From: an uncultured Gemmatimonadales bacterium
GTDB taxonomy: Bacteria > Gemmatimonadota > Gemmatimonadetes > Gemmatimonadales > GWC2-71-9
Length of the DNA stretch: 64,000 nucleotides
Reading direction: 5' to 3'
Assembly (NCBI GenBank): GCA_963842945.1
Contig: CAWJIM010000006.1
Location: 87,280 to 151,279, forward strand
Numbering within the stretch: the stretch's first letter is position 1; each line of letters opens with the position of its first letter. Below, in pieces: positions 18,960 to 27,340 of the stretch. The translations under genes were made by a program, and so were the position numbers. The notes under the pieces are model-generated. The model did not search any database, was not told the DNA's origin, and saw only the letters and a list, made by a program, of their open reading frames with translations.

Positions 18960-19541
18960 CTACTTGCCGGTGGAACTCTGCCCGGTCGCGGCGGCCGATG
19001 CGGTGACGTTCACCCCGATCGAACCAGCCGTCTGGGTGGCAAGGCTTAGATGCTGCTGCAGATCGGGCAGCATGCTGGAGGCTACCTGTTTCAGCAGCTG
19101 CACCTTCCCGCTCTCGGATTCCCGCTGAAATAGCCTCACCTCGTCGGCGTGCTGCGTGACCATTTCGGTCATGTAGGCCTTATCGAAGGAGGAGCGGCCC
19201 ATCCGGCTGAAGCGGTCGAATGCCTGCTGGTGCTGTCTCAGGAGGACCGGTGCCGGGAAGGCAGCCTGCTTCGCTGCTGCGGCCAAATCCTGGTTGGTCT
19301 TGGAATAGTCGCTTACCATCCGCTTGCCAAAGTCAACGACGGCCGGGCTGGAGCCTTTCTTTTCCGCCAGCTTCCCCAGCTTCACCTGCAGTAGACCAAC
19401 ACTCCCGGCTGTTTGAATGAAGACGCTGTCCGCAGCCAGCGACACTGGCTGCTGTGCCGCCGCCGGGGTAACGCCTGCGGCAGCGCTCAGCATCAAACCG
19501 ACCAGCGCTGCGGGAACGAGCATTTTGACGGCCATTTCCTT
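18960..19541 (-). CDS. DUF4142 domain protein (periplasmic)
   Basis: Two DUF4142-like repeats containing FIQTAGSVGLLQVKLGKLA and FDKAYMTEMVTQHADEVRLF, plus a signal peptide. Confidence 0.7.
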   Translation of the reverse strand, partial: KEMAVKMLVPAALVGLMLSAAAGVTPAAAQQPVSLAADSVFIQTAGSVGLLQVKLGKLAEKKGSSPAVVDFGKRMVSDYSKTNQDLAAAAKQAAFPAPVLLRQHQQAFDRFSRMGRSSFDKAYMTEMVTQHADEVRLFQRESESGKVQLLKQVASSMLPDLQQHLSLATQTAGSIGVNVTASAAATGQSSTGK

Positions 19542-19580
19542 CATCCTTTCCCTGTGTCGTTTTCTACTCATCGGGGGTCA

Positions 19581-20801
19581 CTAGCCTTGGACGGCCGGTT
19601 GCCCCAAATGGTTTCGTCCGAGACGGGGGCGCAACCGTAACAGTCTTGCAACTGTCCAATCCTGAGTGGAGGAAGTCGTGGCGCTGAAACGAAGAGACGC
19701 GACCGGGCCTAAGCTCGATCGCGTCTCTGATTGCCTTGCTGGGGCCCCGGACCAGACGTCCTGCTCCCGGGACCTATAACTCTGGGATGTTAAACCGGGG
19801 TTTCCACCGAGGCTGGAGCGGCCACGGGATGGATGATCCAGGCCTCTGCCCGCCGCATGCTCCCGGGTCATCCGGGAATACAGCGAGATCTCGGGGTCGA
19901 ACAGAAATCGGAAGAGGAGCCGGGTCCAGGAGCTGTGTGCTGTTAGATCGACATACCACTCCGGCGCGATGGCGCGGATCCGGGGCAAACGGTGCCACGG
20001 AACTGAGGGAAAGTCGTGGTGTTCGTTATGGTATCCGACGTTGAACGTCAGGAGATTCAGCTTGCCGTAGTAGCTGAAGGTTTCCTGTTCTCCTGCCTCG
20101 ACGAGATAATGCCGCTGGATCCAGCGGGCTCCCAGAGGGTGCAGGCCGATGGAGAAGAAGAACGACAGGACCAGGTAGGCGAGCGACTTGGGCCCCCACA
20201 TCAGATATACGCTCAGGTTGACGCCGATCTGGATCAGGAGGTTCGTGGTGGTCCAGGCGTCAAGCGGTGGCACTGCCTTGACCCGGAATGAGCGCACCGC
20301 CTGGAACAGCGGATAGAACATGAGCCAGAGCGCCTTCCCCAGGGGTGAGCGGCCGACCAGCCGAGCCTCCCAAATGCTGGGTATGTCGGCATCCAGGTCG
20401 TAGACGCCCTGAAAGGCGTGATGCTTCAGATGGTACTTCTGAAAGGAGAACGAGCCCGGCACAAAGAGCGGAAGGTTAGCGACGATACCGGTGAGCACAT
20501 TGGGCAGCCGTCGCCGGAAGACCAGACGGTGGGCGCATTCATGGATCATGACGAACAGCCCATGGCTGGCGAACGCTCCAACGCTGTAGGCCAGAACAAG
20601 TACGAGCCAGATCGGCCGGTGTGCCACAAACCACGCAACGCTGAACTGCAGGCTTACCAGTCCCAGGATGCACCAGAAGGTGACCGGGCTTGATCCAATG
20701 AGTTTCCGAATCTCAGGATGGCGACGGAGTATCTGTTTGGTGCGGTCGCGGTGAGGCTCGGGGCCGGCGGAATATAAAAATCCGGACTGATGCTCTGGCA
20801 A
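19581..20801 (-). CDS. Membrane fatty-acid/sphingolipid-type desaturase
   Basis: His boxes HECAHRL, HLKHHAF and HNEHHDFPSVPW. The last 80 or so aa are low-complexity and may not be genuine. Confidence 0.8.
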   Translation of the reverse strand: MPEHQSGFLYSAGPEPHRDRTKQILRRHPEIRKLIGSSPVTFWCILGLVSLQFSVAWFVAHRPIWLVLVLAYSVGAFASHGLFVMIHECAHRLVFRRRLPNVLTGIVANLPLFVPGSFSFQKYHLKHHAFQGVYDLDADIPSIWEARLVGRSPLGKALWLMFYPLFQAVRSFRVKAVPPLDAWTTTNLLIQIGVNLSVYLMWGPKSLAYLVLSFFFSIGLHPLGARWIQRHYLVEAGEQETFSYYGKLNLLTFNVGYHNEHHDFPSVPWHRLPRIRAIAPEWYVDLTAHSSWTRLLFRFLFDPEISLYSRMTREHAAGRGLDHPSRGRSSLGGNPGLTSQSYRSREQDVWSGAPARQSETRSSLGPVASLRFSATTSSTQDWTVARLLRLRPRLGRNHLGQPAVQG

Positions 20802-21078
20802 CGAGGTTCTCGTCGTAAAGAGGGAATGTCCTTCGGGAAATGCAGTATGGGCCCAGCGGACTGCGCGGAAATATACCAGTCTTCACCGCGTGGATACTAG
20901 CCGCGCCTTCGGCTCCCTTGTTCTTTGACGGCGCCCGGGCCAGGGTGCAACTAGGTCGTTCTCCTCTTCGCGGCCAACCATCACCGGCGCTGAACCCTTG
21001 AAGTAGTAGGTTGGTTTGCCCGGCTCTTGCGATCCCGGGTGGCACCTCCTTCTACTGCTCTCCCTTCTCGAGACTCCC

Positions 21079-21933
21079 ATGTTACTGCTTAGCCTGGCTC
21101 TCCTCACTCTCCCGGTCGACAGCGCGGTGGTGCGTGACATCGAAGTCGCCGATGGTGAGACCCTCCGCACTACTTCCGTCGGGACCGGCCAGCCGATCGT
21201 CCTGATTCCGGGACTCTTCGGTGGCGCATTTGGCTATCGAAAAATCACCGGACCACTGGTGGCCCAGGGCTATCGTGTCATAGTGGTGGAGCCACTTGGC
21301 TACGGCTCCTCCTCTCATCCCAAGAAGGCGGACTACTCGTTCGGCGCCCAGAGCGACCGCGTGGCCCGCACCCTCGACCAGTTGAGCATCAAGCGCGCGC
21401 TCATCGTCGCCCAATCCAGCGGGGCCGCCATTGCCTTTCGCCTCGCGGTCAAGCGGCCCGACCTGGTGCGGGGGCTTCTCTCCATTGATGGCGGTCCCGC
21501 CGAGAGCGCGGCCACGCCGGGAATGAAGAAGGCATTCAAGTTCGGCGGCGGGCTGGTCAAGCTCACCATGGATGAATCCAGGCTGAGACACGAGGTGCGC
21601 CGTGAGATCGTGAAGAACACGGGAGACTCCAGCTGGGTAACCGACGCGGTGGTTCGGAGCTACACCGCCGGGCAAACCGCCGACCTCGGCGGGTCGATCG
21701 ATGCGTTCCACCAAATGGCCAAGTCGAAGGAGAACACCTCGCTTGCCGATCGGCTTCATCAGTGCCTGGCGCCTGTGCTGTTACTGGTGGGCTCAGTGGC
21801 CCACCCATCCGAGATCCCGGATGAACAGCGGCAACTGCTCAAAACCAAGCTTCGCGCCTTCAGGATGGAAACCGTCCGCGGGGCAGGCCAGTTTATTCAG
21901 GAAGAGCAGCCTCCGTCGTGCTCTCTGCCATAA
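21079..21933 (+). CDS. Alpha/beta hydrolase, secreted
   Basis: The motifs IVLIPGLFGG and the nucleophile elbow VAQSSGAAIA, with a signal-like N-terminus. Confidence 0.8.
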   Translation: MLLLSLALLTLPVDSAVVRDIEVADGETLRTTSVGTGQPIVLIPGLFGGAFGYRKITGPLVAQGYRVIVVEPLGYGSSSHPKKADYSFGAQSDRVARTLDQLSIKRALIVAQSSGAAIAFRLAVKRPDLVRGLLSIDGGPAESAATPGMKKAFKFGGGLVKLTMDESRLRHEVRREIVKNTGDSSWVTDAVVRSYTAGQTADLGGSIDAFHQMAKSKENTSLADRLHQCLAPVLLLVGSVAHPSEIPDEQRQLLKTKLRAFRMETVRGAGQFIQEEQPPSCSLP

Positions 21934-22016
21934 CGCGGCTGAACCGGGTGGCGCGCTAGCAGGGAGAAATCCATTGCCCTCGTAGGCAGGTCCCGCTATT
22001 ATCATGCGGCGAGGAC

Positions 22017-22049
22017 AGGGGACTGGCTTGGCGCCGGTCCCTCTTTTTT
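22017..22049 (+). terminator. Rho-independent-like terminator after the hydrolase gene
   Basis: An imperfect GGGACTGG...CCGGTCCC stem followed by TCTTTTTT. Confidence 0.4.
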
Positions 22050-22171
22050 GGCGATAGTTCCTGGCGCAGTAGCGCCGCTTTCGCCGGCCCGCGTGGGGGC
22101 TGAACCCACGCATACAACGTAGTCGGGAGTGCGGCACGTCCGGCTCCGATTACCAGTCTCAGGAGTAGGAC

Positions 22172-22387
22172 ATGGCACGTACCACCGGCACGGTCAAGTG
22201 GTTCAATGACGCGAAGGGCTTTGGCTTCATCACGCCCGAGGACGGTCAGAAGGATTGCTTCGTGCACCACTCGGCCATCTCAGGTCAGGGCTTCAAGAGC
22301 CTGACCGAGGGCGACCGAGTCGAATTCGATGTCGTGCAGGGCCAGAAGGGCCCAGCGGCAGAGAACGTCGTAAAGATCACGAAGTAA
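22172..22387 (+). CDS. cspA: Cold-shock protein, CspA family
   Basis: RNP1/RNP2 motifs in [31 protein letters not shown]. 71 aa. Confidence 0.95.
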   Translation: MARTTGTVKWFNDAKGFGFITPEDGQKDCFVHHSAISGQGFKSLTEGDRVEFDVVQGQKGPAAENVVKITK

Positions 22388-22407
22388 GTCTTCGTTGATT
22401 CGGATGA

Positions 22408-22441
22408 CGGCCGGTTCCTCTGGAGCCGGCCGTTTTCTTTT
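22408..22441 (+). terminator. Rho-independent terminator of csp
   Basis: CGGCCGG (22408-22414) pairs with CCGGCCG (22426-22432), followed by TTTTCTTTT. Confidence 0.7.
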
Positions 22442-22474
22442 AGAGGCGGTTCCAGGCCACCGGCTTCTATTCCC

Positions 22475-23854
22475 TCAATCGAAACCGAACAGCGGTGGGA
22501 AGCCGACGACGACAATGGCGGCCCAGAAGGAGTACGCCGGCACGTAGGCTGTTTGCCAGCGCTCGAGGCCGGCAAAGGAGCCACGGCCGCGGAGAAACCG
22601 GACGTAGAGGACGGTGGACCACCCCAGGTTCACCAGCAGGATCACGTTCTCGCCCAGCGCGGCCACGCGGTTGGGCGTGAAGCCGAACTCAGAGATCCGA
22701 GCCCCAATCGCTGCCAGGGCGAAGGCATCCGCGATCAGCGCACTGACCAGGAGCAGCACCAGCAGCAGATCGAATGCGCCAGGGGGCGATTCGGGGTCTC
22801 GCGCGGAAATGGAGTAGAGCAGCAGGCCCAATACCAGCACCAGCAGCAGGTCGAAGGCAATCAGCGCGTTGCGCTCGATGTCGATCCCGCGGCCGGTCCA
22901 GAGCATGGTCCCCAGGAAAGCCAGCAGGGTAAGCGCGAAAAGAGGAGTGAAAATCCGGGTCAGCACCGGAGCCATGTTCTCGATCACGCTCTGCTTCGCC
23001 TCGACCAGCCAGGCACCCACGATCACCGCCCCGGCCATTCCGCAGGGCACCAGCCAGCCCTCGACCAAAGGCTCGGCGTCTATCCCAATCGCCCGAAACA
23101 TCCCCATCGTAAAGGCGATGAGTACGCCGCCGCCCAGCGCGATCAGCGCATAGTAGATGAACAGCTCACCGGAGAAGCGGACGAAATCCATGCGCCTGGC
23201 GCTCTCTCCCCAGCGTCCGCCCGCATAGGCGACTCCCACGAGCAGCCACAGCGCGATCGGGAGATGCAGCACGGTGAGTCTTTCCGTGTCGCCACCGGCC
23301 TTGAAGGGATAGACGTTGGCAAAGAGGGCTGCGGCCCCGAACGCCAGCGCCAGCCACACGCAGGAGCGTGAGTTCAACCGCCGTTTCCAAACGAAATACC
23401 CCACGAGAATGGGAAGCACGAAGAAGCCGGCGTTCCGGAACAAGGCCATGTCAGCGCCCCATTCCAAGCCGAACAGCGTCGGTACTTTGACCGCCAGTGC
23501 GGCGAGTGCCGCCAGCGCCAGGGTGACGGCCGTCTCGGTCTGCACCTCGGCACCGGGCCCGACCGTTGCGGCAGAGGACATCACCAGCTGCTTCCAGAGC
23601 CGCTCCGAGTGCTCGCGGGCGAACTCGTTGGAGATGGCGTCCAGCGCACCCATCCGCTTTACCGCCACGAGGAACGCCTCGTTCTCGGACAGGCCGGCGC
23701 CACACAGGGCCGTCACCTCCCCCCGGAGGTGATCCTCCAGCTCCTCCACGTCAACCGGGCGGATGGCCTGCCGGCGGCGAAGGTAGCTCCGCCACTGTTC
23801 GATCTGTCCTTCGAGCGAGTCGCTCGACCGGGCTTCTCTGGCCGGCTCAGCCAT
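22475..23854 (-). CDS. Polytopic membrane protein (DUF4153-like with an N-terminal cytoplasmic helical prefix), downstream of PadR
   Basis: An N-terminal soluble helix region (EQWRSYLRRRQAI...FAREHSERLW) followed by about 10 TM segments. It overlaps the padR stop by 8 nt. Confidence 0.6.
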   Translation of the reverse strand: MAEPAREARSSDSLEGQIEQWRSYLRRRQAIRPVDVEELEDHLRGEVTALCGAGLSENEAFLVAVKRMGALDAISNEFAREHSERLWKQLVMSSAATVGPGAEVQTETAVTLALAALAALAVKVPTLFGLEWGADMALFRNAGFFVLPILVGYFVWKRRLNSRSCVWLALAFGAAALFANVYPFKAGGDTERLTVLHLPIALWLLVGVAYAGGRWGESARRMDFVRFSGELFIYYALIALGGGVLIAFTMGMFRAIGIDAEPLVEGWLVPCGMAGAVIVGAWLVEAKQSVIENMAPVLTRIFTPLFALTLLAFLGTMLWTGRGIDIERNALIAFDLLLVLVLGLLLYSISARDPESPPGAFDLLLVLLLVSALIADAFALAAIGARISEFGFTPNRVAALGENVILLVNLGWSTVLYVRFLRGRGSFAGLERWQTAYVPAYSFWAAIVVVGFPPLFGFD

Positions 23855-24233
23855 GGGACGGCCGTGGTGACAGGGCCGACCGCGCCGGAAGCGAGACCGT
23901 GCGCCAGATGTTCCGCAGCGCGGAGTCCACCATCTGCCACTGCTGGCGCTGGTCCGCCAGCTGTGCCTTGCCCTGTGCCGTGAGGTGGTAGTACTTGCGC
24001 TTTCGGCCGGTCTCAGAGGTGTCCCATTTGCCCCTGATATGACCCTGCCGCTCGAGGCGGTGGAGCACTGGGTACAGCATTCCGTCGGTCCATTGTAGAT
24101 CTCCGCCGGAAAGCTCGTTTACCCGCTTGAGGATGGCGTAGCCGTAGGAGTCGCCCTCGGCCAGGATAGCGAGGACCAAAGGTGTGGCGGAAGCGGCGAC
24201 AAGATCCTTGTTGATGTCCATGGTTTTCTTCAT
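23847..24233 (-). CDS. PadR family transcriptional regulator
   Basis: PLVLAILAEGDSYGYAILKRVNELSGGDLQWTDGMLYPVLHRLERQGHIRGKW...RKYYHLT. Confidence 0.85.
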   Translation of the reverse strand: MKKTMDINKDLVAASATPLVLAILAEGDSYGYAILKRVNELSGGDLQWTDGMLYPVLHRLERQGHIRGKWDTSETGRKRKYYHLTAQGKAQLADQRQQWQMVDSALRNIWRTVSLPARSALSPRPSHG

Positions 24234-24353
24234 GCATGGGTCGTCAGTACCTAGTTGTACTATACATTGTTCTTCTATGTATGTCGAGGCAGACGGGGAG
24301 AAGAACATCCTGACTAGCTAGTCCAATCAAGCCGTCTCATTTTTGCAGTACCA

Positions 24354-27337
24354 ATGGGTGCCAGCTTGCCAGATTCCCTCGGCTCAGTTCAGGCAGCCCT
24401 CGGCGACCGCTATCGCTTGGAGCGCGAGCTGGGCCGCGGTGGGATGGCCATCGTTTACCTCGCCCGCGATCTGAAGCATGATCGCCTGGTCGCTCTCAAG
24501 CTCCTGCGCCATGAGCTCGGGGTCGCACTCGGCCCTGAGCGCTTTCTCCGGGAAATTGCCGTCACAGCCGGTCTGCAGCATCCACATATCCTTCCATTGC
24601 TTGATTCGGGAACGCTGCAGGCTGGCGGATCTCCCTATTATGTCATGCCCTACGTCCAGGGCGAGTCACTTCGCGACCAGCTCGAACGTGAGCGGCAACT
24701 TCCGATAGACCAGGCCCTGCACATCACCCGGGATGTGGCGGCCGCACTGGGCTATGCCCACGCAACACGGCGTAGTGCATCGCGACATCAAGCCCGAGAA
24801 CATCCTGCTGTCCGGCGGCCAGGCGGTCGTGGCGGACTTCGGTATCGCACGAGCGCTTTCCGCCGCGGGCGCCGAGCGGCTGACGGAGACCGGGCTCGCG
24901 CTGGGCACACCGCACTATATGAGTCCCGAGCAGGCAGCCGGCGAGGCTCGCGTAGACGGCCGTGCGGACATCTACGCCCTCGGGTGCGTTCTGTACGAGA
25001 TGCTCGCCGGAGAGCCGCCCTATACCGGGCCAACCGCCCAGGCGATCATCGCCAAACGCATGCTGGAGCCGGTACCCCGGATACGAACCGTCAGGGAGAG
25101 CGTTCCTCAGGAGCTGGAGCGTGCCATCATCCGGTCGCTGGCCAAGACGCCGGCCGACCGGTTCGGCACCGCGCAAGAGTTCGCGGACGCTCTCTCCCAA
25201 ACGACGGGCAGCGCGCTGGTGCCTGGCTCGAGTGGTATGGGCCGTCGCTGGCGAACCGCGGGAATGCTGGTCGCCGTTCTGGCCGCGGCCGGTCTTGTCC
25301 TTCGTCTCTGGTCGGGGCGATCCAGAGCGGGCGTCAGTCCTTCAGCGTCACGCATCGCAGTCCTGCCATTCACGCCGAGCGGGTCCGATACCGGGCTTTC
25401 CCGGTTGGGGCGCGACCTGGTGTTTACGCTGAGCGCAGAGCTGGACGGCCTGGGCGCCATCCGTGTGGTGGACGCCCACACCGTGCTTGCCCATTCGAAA
25501 CAGGACGGCCTCTCCTCTCCCGCCGAAGGAGCGGCGCTGGCCCGCCGGTTCGGCGCGGGCAGCATCGTGCATGGCAGTCTCGTGCGAGAAGGCGCCGATG
25601 TGCGCCTGGACTTCGTGCTGCGCTCGACCGACAGCAGCGCCACCCCACTGGCTCGCGCATCGGTCTCCGGAGCATCCGATTCAGTCGCTGCGCTCACCGA
25701 CTCCGCCGTCCACGTTCTCCTGCGACAGATCTGGACTCGGGGATCTGCCCCTACTCCTAGCCTCGAGGCGGCACTCAAGACCCGCTCGGTTCCGGCGTTG
25801 CGCGCATTCCTGGAAGGGGAACGACAGATCGTCGGCGGTCGGTGGGACAGCGCATCGGCCTCATACGGTCGCGCCAGGGAAGCGGATCCAGCCTTCTGGC
25901 TGGCCTACGCCCGGCAGGACTATGCCCTGCACTGGTCAGTAAGACCACCGCTGGAAATGCTGATCGACTCACTCCAGCGCCATCGGTTCGAGCTGCCGGA
26001 ATCCGAGCGTCTTTTGGCCGAGGCGATCATGCTCTGGTCGCGCGATAGCGTCGCCCTCGCCCTCGACCGTGCCCACCAACTCACTGAGCGAGATCCCAAG
26101 CTCGTGGTTCGGGTGGCTGAACTACGCCGACCAGCTGTTGCACAACGGCCCGCTGCTGGGCCGCTCGCGAGCCGAGGCCTGGTCTGGATTCCAGCGGGCT
26201 CTCGAGCTCAATCCGAACCTGATCCCGGTGCACGAACACCTGATGCTGTTGGCGCTCGAGGACAGAGACACGGCTGCGGCCGGCCGGGGCCTGCGGGAGC
26301 TGAGCCGGCTCGACGCCGGCCCAAGCCTTACGGCCGACGGCTACGGCAACAGAATGCTGCAGTTTCGCTTTCTCGCTGCAATTGAGCGGGGCGATAGCCT
26401 GCTCACTCGGGTTTTGGCCGACAGCATTGCCCAAGACCCCGAGCCGGCAGCTGTGCCGGATGGGAGCTTTTACGACGCGTATCGCCATGGCCTGCCGGCG
26501 GAGCAGATTCAGGTCAGCGGGAAGGTGGTCCGGTCACGGGCACGGCCGGCTCGCCGAGCAACACATGGTAGACTGCTGGCACTCTCGTGGGTGCAGCGGG
26601 GGGCGTGGGATTCGGCGTTGGTCGCCATGGACCATTTGGTGGCCAGCGAAACCGATTCGGCTGCGGCCCTCGAGTCGTATGGGTTGGCGGTCGTGGGGGC
26701 ATGGCTCGGAGCCGTAGAGCAACGTGAAGCCGAGGTGCGGCGCCAGGCTGCGGTGACGCTGGCCGGAGCGGACGACACGGACCGCGCAGAAGTGGCCTGG
26801 CTCGACGGCTTGGCAGCGGCGGGTCGGCGCGACCGGCGTGCGCTAGCCGGGGCGCGTGCAGCACTTCGTGCGAGTGGAGACTCCAGCGCCAACGCGCTCG
26901 ATCGCTCCCTCGCCGCCTTTGAGGCCGCGCTCACCGGAAACCCAAGGGCCGCCGGAAGGTCGATGGCGGACCTCGAATCGCAGGAGGCGGCGCTTTCCGC
27001 TCCGGATTTCACGCGCCATCCCTACACGATAGGCGTTGATCGATTGGCTGCCGGCCGATGGCTGGCGGCTTCGGGCGATTCCGAAAGGGCTCTTCGGCTG
27101 CTGACCTGGGTGGACGGCCCCTATTTCATTCATCCCAGTACGGTATACAGCCTGATGCTGACGCCTTTAGTCGACCTCGAGCGCGGCCGGATTGAGGAGC
27201 AGAGCGGACGCGCCGGTTCGGCCAGGAACTACTATCGCGAATTTCTGAGGCGCTATGACCGGCCAGTAATCGGCCATCGGCGACTCGTGGAGGAAGCGAG
27301 GAACGCCGTTGTCCGGCTGATGGACCGAGGCGATTAG
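24354..27337 (+). pseudogene. Ser/Thr protein kinase with a TM segment and a long TPR-like C-terminal region (STK1), with two frame disruptions (about 24761 and 26098)
   Basis: GRGGMAIVYLARD and VALKLL lie in frame 0. After GYAH the text continues in the next frame as [21 protein letters not shown] and GTPHYMSPEQ. After TERDP(K) it continues as SWFGWLNYADQLLHNG through to RLMDRGD*. It is a paralog of the intact STK2. Confidence 0.8.
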
Positions 27338-27340
27338 GTC

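Noticed and set aside
20713-21078. ORFs 20713-21045(-) and 20883-21170(-) in the desaturase/hydrolase divergent intergenic region.
   Set aside because: They have no motif support and biased composition. The region is better explained as a divergent promoter region.
22091-22111. The hairpin GCGTGGG-N7-CCCACGC upstream of the csp gene as a distinct regulatory RNA.
   Set aside because: Cold-shock genes normally have long structured 5' UTRs. A single 7-bp stem is expected there and gives no evidence for a separate element.
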